DNA of 64,000 nucleotides from Dimorphilus gyrociliatus (Eukaryota; Animalia; Annelida), in NCBI GenBank assembly GCA_904063045.1, contig CAJFCJ010000023.1:248001-312000 (forward strand), given 5' to 3'. A program made the position numbers and the translations under genes. This document shows, in pieces, positions 48,305-62,340 of the stretch. The notes beneath the pieces are model-generated. The model was not told the DNA's origin. It worked only from the letters and a program-made list of their open reading frames with translations, and ran no database searches. Position 1 is the first letter of the stretch. Every line of letters starts with the position of its first letter.

Positions 48305-51021
48305 AGAAGGAGAATACTTTGCTAAATGTTGTAATTGCTTTTACAAGAAGATATTTTAGTCTCTTTATTCGTAAACAAAAGCATAAAACAAGTCACAATT
48401 TATCGCTTAGCTTAACAGAAACAAAAACAAAGAGTACGTAACATACTCGTTCAGCTTAAAACTTTTATCTTTCATTTTTTACAATATACAATACAAACAT
48501 ACAAACATATAGACCTACACGCATACACAATATGCATAAATATCCTTTCAATATCTGTATATGGTTGTACAACTAATTTGCTGTATATAAATATAGACAT
48601 ACGTATATGGATATACCGTATTTATGTTAAGAGTGGGAGTTTTTCCAATAACCACTCTTGAAATACCAAAAAAAGTGTGCTTATATTGTTAACATAGCTT
48701 TTTTAACGCTGTATCTATACACAACATTTCAATTGAAAGAATATGTGTATAAATACGGATAAACAGCATTTCGTTTTTCTATGCTTTTTACAGTTTTCGA
48801 TGTATATTTTAATTGCCGTTTAAACGTCTAATCTCCCCAATTATTTAATCTTGTATAATGAAGGAACTTTATAACTTTAATCTCTATTTTAACTTTTCTG
48901 AGTGCATTTATTTTGCTAAGTATTTAGTTTTTTAACTTTTCTGCTTATTAAGTATTATGTGTATGTTTGATGGAAAAATTATTTTTTTACCAGTTTTCTT
49001 GCCGTTCCCAGCTAAAAAAATTTTCTTTTTGAACTTTCTCTTGCGCAACAAACACCCACATACACATATATATATATTTACTGTATATATGTGTCTCAAA
49101 TCTCCATAGACTTAAGCTTATTGCAAAATAGATAGTAGACAAAATAGATAGAAAGAAAGAAACAGATTAAGTAAGAAAGAGAGAAAAGAAAATAAACGAT
49201 AGTAGAAAAATTGCTATTAATTGTAAATGAAATTTAAGAGACTAAGAAAAAAAATACTTTTTCCTATATTTCATTGTTGCATTTTAACTTCCCCAGCTAC
49301 ATTGCTGCCAAACTATGGACTTTTTAAATAGGTGTTGTCGAAATCGAAATATTTTGTAATTATCAGCTTTAATGTTCAGTAAGCTGTTTATATACATATA
49401 TTACCCGTACAATGAAAGATAAAACAAATAAGAAATACAAGTTCGTGTACTTTCGCGACGAATTTTGCGTAGTAGAGTCTACATTGATCTTAATCCCTTC
49501 TTTACAAAATCGTTTAAAGAATATTCAACCGGTTATATTATCATTAGTGTTATTTTGTGGAAAATTCCTCCTTTCTATCGTTTCTTTATAAGATGATAGG
49601 TGTCTCTGCAATAGAGGAACGAACAAACTATAATCCAGCATAACTTTCTTCTGTCTCTTCCTTCTTTAAATGAGCTTTAAGGGATCTTTCTTTTAATTCA
49701 TCCGATTCAATCGCAATATTTAATATGCCCTAAAGAAAAAGTATTAAGAATAGCTTTTGACTGAAGTTCAATTAAATAGCATGAAAAAAAATAACAAACA
49801 AGTTGTAGACAAAAAGTTGCCATTGAGATGCTAGAGGACTATATCGCTGGCGTTAGACATAAAAGCGATAGAGTGGAACAGAGAAATAAGAGGGAAAAGA
49901 AAGAAAGGGAAAAAAAGAAAGAGCGAGTATGAGAGAAGGAAGTAGGTGGAGAATTTAAAAAGTGGTAAAAGGTAGAATAGTTATGGTGTTGCTTTATTTT
50001 AATCTAATTGGAAAAACATTCGCAATTTCGTATACAACGAATGGAAAAGTTGAAATTGATTAAGTTTACAGTATTTTATCAAATTTTTCATCTTCTACTC
50101 ACTGGGAAAGAGAAATAAAGCAGAAATAGTTTTTTATAACCATATTAAAGAAATTCAATGAAGAATTATCTTCTCCATGAGCTTATTTTTCCCCCATAGC
50201 CAATAGACTTTGCCAAAAAAAGCTGAAAAGAACACGAATCAGGCATTTTCCCCATTTTTCTTCATTTACGAACTATTAAAAAAAACTGACAATTATTTGA
50301 CATCTTTTATTTGCATTGGTCGTTTACCTTTCCAATAATAAATGACTTTTTTTCTTCTTTTAACCTTTCATTCTTTCTTTGTCGTTTGATTCGTTGCCAA
50401 GAGTCGCCCTAGAGAGAGAGGAAGAGAAATGGAGAAAGAGAGGATTGAATAGCTTCTTGGTTTAAGTAGTTGGGTGAAAAAGCAAAAGAAACGGTTATAT
50501 CGACTAGCGATACTGCTTTCATAAGTTCACAAGGCAACGGAAAAGCAAAAATATAATTTGAAATATTAGATGATATATTAAAAAGGTTGTTTGGATAATT
50601 TTACTATTCGTGAGAGCATCTATACACTTGTTTTTTACGGTTAACATTGGTTTGTTCCTGTTGCGTTGTTTGTTAAAGTGAAATAAAAAAAGTTGGGAAA
50701 GGGCTTCCCTTTCCATCTTTTCTATTATTATTTCTATTAGAATGAAATTAGACCGCCCACCCAACCACTTCGGATGGAAATTGTATGGAATTCATTCCAT
50801 CGCCCATCCTAGCTGGACAAAAACGTTAGACAAGCTGTACATAGAAAAAAACCTTTCCTTTTTCCAATTGAAAGATACGTTAGGCCTATAAAAATGCACG
50901 AATAATTACTGAATACGTCGTGCCGGCCTTAGCATTAACGAGATATGCGACTTGTATAAAAAATAACGAAAAAGCACCGTCTGGCGGTTAGATTATTTGG
51001 GGCAGCACTACGCCACAGAAT

Positions 51022-51246
51022 ATGCCTCGCATCGATACCCAGAAAACAGGAGGAAGGAATTTCGAAGAAGGAAAACGACAGTTACTCACGAGAAACAAAT
51101 CGGACTGCGGATTAAGCTCACCAGAGAATGACAACGAATTGTTTATCAATAAACACGGACAACAACGAAGGGTATCTTATTGTACAACTGTATCACTATG
51201 TGGTGAGGGTCCACTACAATTTGCTCACATTAAAGACGAAGAAGAA
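51022..51246 (+). CDS. Possible alternative first coding exon (perhaps of otopetrin)
   Basis: ATG-started, hydrophilic, GC-richer ORF (MPRIDTQKTGG...HIKDEEE) ending at a GTAAGA donor, downstream of a CpG-rich promoter-like patch (50750-51020). Phase 0 does not join directly to the phase-2 exon at 55023, so an unseen exon would be needed. Confidence 0.35.
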
Positions 51247-54186
51247 GTAAGATATTCTATAATCAAAAACCATTAAAACTGTTGAACTTAATTTCATTTC
51301 CTTTTTCACCAATCTCGTCATCTTCTCTGCCTGCTCATCTTTCTTCTCCTGCTCTCCTTCCTCCTTCTGCATCTCTGTTTCACCTTTCCTACAATACTGC
51401 GTTGTGATTTTGGTTTTCCTTTATACTACTCAACTCCCTTTATTTACTATTGTTGATACAACTTTTACTCTTTTCTACTATTATTCTACCTCAACTTACT
51501 CATCTACTTTCTATATTTCTCCACCTCATTCGATCTGTCCCTGCTAAAACCAATCATCCTTTTTCTCCTTTCTTCATCTTCTCCTACTTTTTTTCTCTCT
51601 TTCTCTCACTCTACAAAAAAATTTAGATCACACAGCAACAGAATACTTGCAAACGGTTTGTTTCTTAACATATATTTTTAATGGAAACAGGTCAACAATT
51701 TTCTTTTTTTTTCCTTTCTTTCAATTTATTGCGCGTAAAGTATATGGAACGGTTGACATTAAACCAGTTTATAGTCGTTTACAAATCCTTCGACGTCTGT
51801 TAGCTTTACACTTCTAGAAAAACGAGGATAATTTCATCAAGGTCATGCGCCAAGGTTTGACCATTTAACAAGGCAAATTAGTGCTATTAAACACGTTATT
51901 CAATTAAATTTTGAAAAGATAGATTATTAATAATATCGATTACCAATTTGTATAAGATGTCTAAAATAAGAAAGCTTAAATAAAACGTTAATTGTAATTA
52001 GACTTGAAACCAGTATTGTTTCCAGTCAATTGCTCACCGATTAACATCCATAACATTTATACGCCTCCAGATGCCACTAAACCATCAAATAGTCATTTAA
52101 AAGAGGCGAATCGCTCCCTCTTCCATAGCCTGACTGTCCCCCGTTTTTTTTTATCGCTTTGACAGATTCTCTTTCTCATAGATTTACCCAATCCCAACCT
52201 CCCAAGTCTCCCTTATTTTTCACTCTATTGATTCAGTCTCCTAAAAGACTACACCCGAGTGAATTCTGTTTGAAATGAGAGATGATAAAAATAGTTAATT
52301 TAGGAATTAAGCCTAATTATTGGTCAATTTTCTCTTTCAAACAAACTCAAAGTAAACTTACTTTTAACTTTAAATAAGAAAATTATTTGACGAAGAAAGG
52401 CAATCATTTCCTTATTTCCATATTCAATTTACTAATTACTGATATAGGTCTTGTAAGTTTTTATCTAATTAGCTTTCCCTCTCAAAATTTTATTTGTTAT
52501 CCTTCGGAGGGAAACATAGGAAAAGAGAGGGGATAGATAGATTAATACAATATTCAGTTTGCCGCACGCATAAATATATATAGAGATAGATAAAGATGGA
52601 GAGCAAAGTGGAAGGGGGCTGAAGGGCAAGTGCACATATTTAGATTTATTTTGATATATAGTTGCTTTATGTTTGGCCATTGACCTAGAGAAGGGTTAAA
52701 ATTTTATGGTTTTCTTCCATCTAAATGAATGACCATTGTGGCCTTCAATTTTCGCGGAAAAGGTGAAACCATAGGAAAATAATACGTTCTTTTTTTTTTC
52801 GAGAAGAAAAAATCGGTAGATGGCATTACTATAGCTTTATTTTAATTCTCTATTTTTGGGGAGGGTGGCGTTATGGTGTTGAGCAAAAGAGATATCTAAC
52901 GAATATATAGCGGACAGACGGAGTAGGAGGCAACACACACACACACACAGTCGGCTGAGGTTTTGCAAGGAAGATGTAAATATGATGAGTTGTCCAAAGG
53001 ATTAATGTTGACAAACGATTATTCGGCATGTCGAAAGTGAGATTTTCTGCTTTTCAAATTGAATAGTGAGTATTCAAGCAAACGATTTACAGCAAAAGTA
53101 TTTTTATACACAATTCTTCTTTCAATTAAAATTGAATTTTGTAATTTTTTTGTTTTTTAAAAAAAAACCGAAAGCAATAAAATGAAAAACAGTTTTTTTT
53201 CTAAAGGTGGAATATGAAATGAAAAAAGAGAGAGAACAGTTTGATTAAGGTATTTAATTATGAAAATGATAGATATAGAGAGGGGAAAGAATGCAATATG
53301 CAGTAATAATTTGTTTCTTTATCAAATTTTTATATGAAAAATGTATAGTTCGAGCGAGAGGGATAAAATTCTGGCGCAAAGAGGAAAAAAGAAGCTACCC
53401 CGCCTGCTTCATTAATGGTTTTTAAGAGAGACAGCGAGCAAAGAGGGCTGGAAGGAGAAACGCTAGAGCTAGGGTTCAATGTGTTAGTCTAGATTTTTTC
53501 TTTTAATTCGTAAGAACAAGCCCACTGTTAGATTTTTATTGCACCACGTCTAAATGAATAATTAGATCTACTAGAATTTAATTAAAGTGATTATAATCCA
53601 AAAATACTTTGAAACGTCACTATACAGTTGACTTACCTTACTACATATAAATATAAGATGGAAAGATTATATGTAATCTATATCTTAAAGAGAAGAAAAT
53701 TGTTTATCAAAACTCTAAATAGATGAATTATAAACAATGATCATTTATACAGAGCATATCAAATATAGACGTGGACGTAGACGTAGATATGTATGTAGAT
53801 TGATTTCTATTCCAACAAGCCAAATAGATGGAAATACATGAAAATAGAGAGTTGGAAAAATTTAGGGTATTTAAGGGTGAAAGGCTGGTCGGTTTACTGT
53901 GGGTTAGTTTTTAGAAAATGGGTATGGAAAACGTTATTTGGATTTGATTGTCACAACTGATTTATGAATGCGAATGTCGCATGATCTCTTATTACTCTAT
54001 TTGAGATATTGAATCGAGTTTTATCAATAGAATTTGCATAGTTCAAAAAAATGCAATATATTTTCTTTTATTGTTTCATCATCAATTTTCAATTGTCTGT
54101 ATCGTTTATTTATTTTTATTTTTCATCTCTGTAATCCTTCTTCTTATTTAAATTCTAAAGAATTTATCCCTCTTTCTTTCTCCTTT

Positions 54187-54219
<33 letters not shown>

Positions 54220-55062
54220 TTCTTTCGCTCTATCTTCCTGACTTATTTTTTGCCGGTTTCAAATTCACATAATTTAAATACTATAATTTGACAAAAAAAA
54301 AATACAGCTATATTTTTTACTCAACAGCAACTCAACAGCAGTCATTAATTTATAAATTATTACCTCTATGACTAAAAGCTTTACAGAGTCAACATTTGAC
54401 TAAAATTTAACAGACTATTTGTCGAAACTGCATATTTAAGCGTAACAAAGCTGGTTGTTATTCACCATGCAAGTTCGAGATGAGTTAAAAGAGTGGTCAA
54501 TCATTGCGACCAGCTGACCATAATTCAATAACAAGACACAGTCTGACGCTGTAGCCAATCAGTAAAAACAACTTTGCGCGTATTTCATGCGTGCCGCAAC
54601 GCATATTAATAATCGGCGACGCTTTGTTCCAAGTAAAGAAAATAAAGTATAATCGCCATTCATTTTCAATTGTATAATACTCCTCTTTTTTATCTGAAAA
54701 GTATCAGCTAATGATGAGATCCTGGTTAGAAAGCATAGTGGTTAGGGAATAGGAAAGAGAAGAGGTAAGAAAAACCATGTTCCGATATTGATACAATATA
54801 CCTACTTAGTGATTGTATCATACTCATATACGGTAGATTGTATAGGGTATAAAAAATGGACGACCCAGTCAGACACTAATGGAATAAGAGAGTCAATCAG
54901 CGTCTATTCTTTGTTGAAGAGTTTGCTTTGCAAGATAAGCAAAAAACAGCTCAAATCAACAAAACTTATAAGATCATCTATGGCCTTTTTTCATTTAAAT
55001 GTTTTTCCTTAATTTTTTCCAGTGCTGACGAATCAAACAATACAGAAGCATCGGCCTTAGAA

Positions 55063-58000
55063 ATGAATAACCGCCCTCCTCCTCGTAAAAGAAAAACCCG
55101 GCAGTCTGTTATAAGATGGGCGAGGTGAGTGTTAATTTCATTTTTTATACACAGCATCAGCTTATATATCCATTGCAAGGGTAAGATACTTGCCAGTTTT
55201 TCATCTGCAAAACTCCTTACTTCTTTATTCCTTCTCACTCCAACATAAACCGAAAGACAAACCCAAAGATGCTATATATTTTCTATCTGTCTGCCAATCT
55301 CTCTCTCTCTCTCTCGATTTTCCTCTTTTTTCTTTTTTTTCTTCTGTATCTCGGGATTCGTACTTCCTTCCTTTCTTTCCTTTTAAAAACACTGGACAGT
55401 AGTCTTTAGTACAAGTGTAAACGGAAAATTGACGCATTTTATACCATCGCATCGCTTAATTTGGGATGAAAGAGGCAAAGATCATCGATAGAATAGAAAA
55501 CAAGAACTATAAGTCTTTGTAGAGAATTTTAAAACAAACAACAACCTATAATCAGGAGCAAATTGCAACCCCAAACTCATTTTATCTCTTTGCTTTCTTT
55601 CTTATTTTATCTATCTAACACTTCCACGCCCTCTATATAATCTTTCTATTTCCCACAATTGGCGTATAAAAGCTCGAAGAGCTAGATTTGAATACGAAAT
55701 CTGATTTAAACTTGAAAAAAACCTTACTGGAATATTATATAGACTGACAATTGTAACTTATTAGATTATCCGAACTCTTATCCCTTCCAAATCCAGGTCG
55801 AATTCTATAGGCTTCAGTCGTTACCTAATTTTTTCCTTTTCTTTTTTTTCTGGCTTTTTTAATAAAAAAAATTCTACTAAACGACAAAAAGGGTAAAAGA
55901 GAATTCTAGTCATAATAACCGCCACTTTCACTCAACTAACAATATTCTCTTTAATTTATTAGTCCTAACAGGAAAAACAACGCAAATAAACTAGGTCCAG
56001 TCCTGACCAGTGGAAATTTATTATTATTTTTCAGCTAACAAGGCTGTAAAAATCGGTAGGGGGATATTTGCTTATCATTTAACTAAAGAGTCTGGAAAAA
56101 AGGAGCAGTTTATGTGCATACATTCAGTTCTGTCAATAGAGTTGATAGTGCCCTCTACTATTTATTAGTTCAGGTTATCGGACCGAGATAATTTATTTAT
56201 AGAATGATTAATAGAAAATTTTTTATATGGTTATGTAACCCGGGGAAATATTGAGGGACTCTAGAAAATGGATAAAATCTACAAATAGATAAATAATAAT
56301 ATAATGGAAAAGGGAAAGAGATTAACAATTTTACTAATCACTAATTATTAATTAAGCTGTAGTTTTTTTTTAAATAATAAAATTTTATATTTAATTATTC
56401 ATAATTTCCTGATTTGGATTTATTTTACGAATTACACGCTGGAACAAGCTTGTTCGGCTAAAATTTTCTTCCCATTTACGATTGATAAAGAAATAAAAGA
56501 TAAATTGCATTAGGGGTATAATTAGATAGGAGAAATGAGAACAGAAAGAAGCGAGAAAGAGAAAGTGAGCGAGCGAACGAGAGAGAGAAAGAGAGAGAGA
56601 GAGAGAAGAAATAAAGAGAAAAAGAAATAAACAGGTATATAAACAAGATAGAGATGAAGAAGTTAAAAAAAAAGAGAATCTTTTTGTTATTGTTTTTATA
56701 GTAAAAATAGTAGTTGGAAAGGATGAGAGAGAATAGACTAAGGAGAATGAGAAGAGAAAGGAAAAAGGAAAAAGGTTAAAAGAGACTAAACGCATTATTA
56801 TCATAAATGACTGGTAAAACCTGTCTTGTGAAAAAACTGAAATGATTTTCCTTTTAAAAGAAAAATGATAAGTTGACTTACTTTCAGGCATTCGGCTGGT
56901 GGATCCAAATTATCCAGAGTTGCTTCCGGAATGATGGCTCTAATATTAACAGTTATAGGATTAGCATTAGCAATAAGCGAAGCTTTACCTCAAGCTGATA
57001 TACTTATCGAGAATACAGAAGCCTTCTTCATAGTCATGTACGTCACGTCTCTTCTTTGCATTTCATTCGTAATTGTGATGGGCAGTTGCGAAAAGTTATC
57101 GGACAAGGAGAATGTCCTCAAATGGAGGAGAAAGAACAGGATGGATTTTTTAAGAGCTGGTGCAATGGGTAAACAATAGCAACTAAAACTTAGTTTTTAT
57201 ATAGTTTGTTCTTCGTTATGAACGAAAAGAACATATGCCAAACTGTTAGTTAGATCATTTCACATTCCCCCATTAGTAATTAGCGAAATAAGAAATAGGA
57301 GGAGGAGGGGAGGAGGATGATAATGAGAAAATGAAATATTTGAGACAAAAGAGCCCAAAGGGTGGGAAACAACTCTTAGATTGGTAGGGAGAGAATGCAC
57401 GAGAAAAGTTAAGAAAAAGTACTTTTGATCATCAGTAAGAAGGAAGATCAGTAAAAGTTATCTCTTGAAATAGTCACTAAATTAGAAGTGATAAGTAGAA
57501 CAGAAGATGGAAGAGGAACAGAAGGAGGAGGGGGAGGAATAATAGCTAGAATAGAAAAATGAAAAGAAAGTGGTTGACTAGTTTTCTTTTCAATGATATC
57601 ATATTTTTATATTATTACATTTCTTGATATTTATTTGTATTTCCGAGGGAAAATGGAAAGGCTTTCGGCTATTTGCCGATTTGTAATCTTTTAGTATAAC
57701 ACTCTAAAGGCAATGTGAATGGAAAAAAGTTTGATTAAAAAATACCTTATATAATGTCCATAAAACAATTTGGAAAATAAGGATTCAATACTAATAGCGT
57801 GAATAGAAATAAAGTGAATTGAGGCCAACTAGAGTCTTACCCTCTCCAGGAAGAGATAGAAAATTGTACTAAAAACGTATATAGGCTGTTCTTAAAAGAG
57901 GAATAATAGGAGAAGTGGTATAAAAAGCTACAGTACAGCCGAGTACAGTAAACTGTTATTGGTTTTACCATAGACAATAAAATTTTCTAAAAATAAGTGG

Positions 58001-61000
58001 ACGGTAAGCTGACTTGTATAAAAATTGAATGATTATTTAGGTTGTTGAAAGTAGTAATTTAAGTCCAACTTCAGTAAATACAAAGTGTCATTTACATATA
58101 ATTAAGTTAACGTCAATTAAATATAAATTCTCAGAAGTAATTCAACAGATGCATTTTAACTTTAATATCCTTTTTTTATAAGGAAATTTAATATATAAAT
58201 TCTTTTTAATGATTGAATATGCAAACGCTATTGGAAAAGTGGAAAAATGTTCCCCTTAGGAGAAAACCTCAATCAATTCTTTTGACAAATCAGCAAAAAA
58301 TGCCTCGTGTTACTTTTTGCCACAAGTAAACCAGTCACTCTTTCTCTTTTTTCTACACAGTGGCAGCAGAGACAGAGAGAGAAAGACGGGGGGCGAAGGG
58401 TGAGGGAAGAGAGCAAGAAAGCTTGGACATTTGGATGAATAGAGAGGAAGAGAATGAAAAAGAGAAGGAAGAGGGTTTGAAATAAAGATAAACAGATGGG
58501 ACATATACTTATATAAACAGCGAGGGAGAGAGAGAAAGAGAGAGAGGGAGAGATAAGAAAACGGAAAAAAGAGATTTTAGAAAGAAGAGTGAATAATACA
58601 ATATGATGGTTCTATTTGTTAAGAAGAACAGTTGAAGAGAAGAAATAATAGTAATAAGTCTAATCGTTTCTATGTATACTATACACAAATCATATATCCA
58701 GTATAGATATTGTCCATAACTAATTTTAACGCTATAGTCAAGTGAGTAAATGGTTTAAGTCGTTTGAGAATAGACGAGTAGGTGTGGGGAGAGGGATAAG
58801 AAATAGGAAGATTGAAATAGATATAGACACAGTAGACATACTAGTTGGAAGATGTATAATATAAACTACAAATATTGTATTAGTGACATTGTTTTGATTG
58901 GAAGAGATTTGAGAAGAAAACAAAGTCAAAAATTAATAGAAGACTACAAAAACTATATGATATTGAATGTATAGGATTATAAATAGAATGGAAAATTGAG
59001 GAAAAGAAAAAAGACCACTCAGTAAGAACAAATATGAGAAGATATAAAAAGGAAAAAAAGACCGAATTATTAGATGTGAAATTCTATAAATAAAACAATA
59101 AAGAGGGAAAGATTTATAAAAAAATGAATATGCTAATTTTAGAATTATAGATTGTAACCAATTCTATTTTTAAAAAATACCCACTAGCCTTTCTATTCGT
59201 CGTACGATCTGAGATTACATGCTTATTTATTAATTTCAGTGTTGGGTTCGGGTAGTATTGTCTACGAAGCTCTTCGACTAGCAGATTATATGGAGACAAC
59301 TGTATATTGTCGAAATTTTGTTCATTTTTTTAATATAGTTTCATCAATCTCATTTACTTTGGCTCAAATTTACATGCTACTCGTCTTTTCCAAGGTAACA
59401 CATTTATTCTCTCTTTTTTTTTATTGAATCCTCAAAGAAATAAAAGAGAAGAGATCGTAATCTTTTCTCTCTTCTTAAAATCGTCTAATTGAAATTTATA
59501 TGACAATTTTTATTGAAAAAGAAAAAATATATTCAAGATAGATTGTTTACGTGTTCAGAATTCTCTGTCTAATTGCTTCTAGATATCGGAAAGAATATTT
59601 TAGAATCGTGTTCTGATCTTCTTATCTTGCCCTCTCTATTTTTCAATTTATCTGTAATAGACATTTTCTTAATTCGACAGATTGTTGTTAACAGAGGAGG
59701 ATGCGTGGATAAGATTGCTAGATACGCAATTGCATTTATTATAGCAACAAATTTATGCATTTGGTATCACACTCTAATTGTTGAAACTAAAGAAGATATT
59801 ATCGCCAATAATCGAGCCTCGAATACGGTTAAGAGTCAATCGAGCCCAATTGTGTCAGCCCTGGCAGCAACTAATTATACTTTATCCACTCAAAACTATG
59901 ATAAAGGAGAGAATTTTACAGGTAAGCTATCGTAGCTCCATCTATGTTTGAAGGATCATTCAGAAGCGTAACTACACTATATACATAGTGATATGTAGGC
60001 AATTGATCAGTACTGGTAATATTATCAACAAAAATTAGACTTGTAGGAGGTCTATGAGGGAATGAAAGATGATCAGTGACATTTTAGGAAGAGGATGGGA
60101 AAGAAAACTACAAAGATAGAATTATATGTGATACTACTGTAGTCTATAGTTACAGTGAAATTAGTAATACAAAAAAAGTAAATGACAATTTTGGCAGCGA
60201 ACGAGAAGAGAGAGTAAGAATGAGAGGAAAGAGAGAGAAGGAAGGTAGAGATAAAAAATGGAACAAATAGAAAAAGAGCAACTTTTTATCTACTGTATTT
60301 ATATAATAAATATTGTATTTAGTCCAAAAAAATGAATGAAAAAAGTGAAAAAATGGCAAAAATATCATAAAAGTCATTTCAACAGATAATTCAACAATCG
60401 TTTGCCCGGAAAAGAAAACCTATCAGAAAGTTTTCTCTTCTTATCTGTATCCGTGCACCATCGAATATAGTATAGTATGCGTATTCATTCTGTACGGAAT
60501 ATGGATTCGGATAGGCGGAGAGTCCGGTTCGAGACTTCGTCGTCAATCGAAAATTGATTATCCAACTCCTCCCGATCGTAGGAAACAGTGTGTTCTACAT
60601 CCTTATTTCGATAATAGATGTGGCTTGACGGGCTCGCTGGTCGTTATCAGCGTCACTTCTATAGTGACAATAGTCTACTTGTATTCAAGTTATCGGGAAG
60701 TAAATACTGATTTATCAAATATTCTTGTATTTTCTTTGGACTTGTCTCTGAATATCTTCATTTTGGTTGTAATACCAATAGTTAGTTTTCAAATGAGACA
60801 TATGAAATTAAAGAATGACGATATGAGAAAATTACGGGCTCTTAGAGAATCTCGACCGTTCCTGCCCAAGAAACGCCATCATAGGACATTAGATAAAAGT
60901 GTTCTTATCATCACTTTTTTCGGATTATTAATATTTGGCACTCTGACGATGATAGCTTCAGGCAATTGGACGAATGAATACGTCTATTTAAATCTAATAG

Positions 61001-61768
61001 ATAATAAATATATACTATATATATATAGTGCATTATGTACATTGTACTCAGCACATTATATCCATTTACAACGTACTATCCTATTTATATTAGAAAATTG
61101 GTTAATTATTGTATTATTTATTGTAAATTTTAGAAAATTCGTTATCTTTTTTTATTGACATCATTCTATATAATTAACAGAAAGGTTCGTTCATTTTTCT
61201 CTAAAACATCCAAATTTCATCCAAGATAAGAACAGGGGTTAACAAAACTAACAATTTGCTCAAAGGAGCAGTGAGGGGGAGGTGTAGAAAGAAGAGGTGG
61301 AGTAGGATAATTAAAATGTCATTCTATGCGGGAAGATCTGTTTGTATTCATTCGTTCATTTGAAATTACACGAAAATTCAACGCTTAACTCAATTAGGTA
61401 TGCTGGAAAATTGGTTGGTTTTTTGTGAAATGTTAGTTAGCGTATTATCAGCCTGCACTCAAACTGGATTTATAACTTACTCGGTTCTGGAGAAAAGATC
61501 AACTCAGATTCACCACCTAGAGCAACGACCTGGCAGACAAGGATTAGAGTTGATGAGAGGTTGTAACCTTGCTCTTTGGGCGTTAAAGACTTTTGCTATT
61601 AGAAGAAATTCAGCTCATAGTGTTCAAATAAGATTCTTTTCATTTTCGGCTTGGTCGATATTATCGCACATTTTTATGCCGCTTTCAATCCTTTTTCGCT
61701 TTCATTCAGTTGTTTGTTTATCCGATATCGTATCTCATTCTTACACGGAAAAGTACGTAAACGCTTAG
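55063..61768 (+). CDS. OTOP: Otopetrin family proton channel (~561 aa from ATG 55063; N-terminus may extend upstream)
   Basis: Exons 55023/55063-55124, 56888-57168, 59240-59394, 59681-59921, 60386-60961 and 61398-61768. Hallmarks: FLRAGAMVLGSGSIVY, ATNLCIWYHTLIVET, YLYPCTIEYS, GCNLALW, PLSILFRFHSVVCLSDI. The 60961 junction needs a GC donor. Confidence 0.92.
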
Positions 61769-62340
61769 CGTTTTTTCACAAAAATTTTATTCTATTAAGC
61801 CTGCTGCTCTACGAAAATCACTCTCAACTCTGTATATTTCTGTAAAAACAGACAGTTTAAATAAGTCAACAAAACACAACCAAATGACAAACACAAACAA
61901 CAAAAATAAATATCTAATATAATTATCAATAGATGTTGAAGATAAATGCCAGTTTTTTTTAATTTCTTTGATTAAACACTAATTTTCTCTTTTCAGATTA
62001 AATATGTAAAAGAATATCTATATATATTTCATTCACTTTCTTTTTCAATACAAAATATAAAGAAACAATAATACGTTCTCCAGTAGCCGATTTCAATTTT
62101 CTTTGACTCTCTCTTATAAAAGTTCCTTCGTGGTCTCCAATAAAAAACCAACCCATAAATCTACTAATCATTAAACTGACTAAATGGCAAACTACCCTTA
62201 ATACTTATTTCTATTTAATAAAGTCTGACCGATTTGACGAAAAAGTCAATTTTATTGATTCTGTTTTTTTTTTTTAAAAAAAAAGAATGAAAGATAAAAG
62301 CAAGTTTTGTGATTGAAGAGAACACGAAAAAGGATAAATT

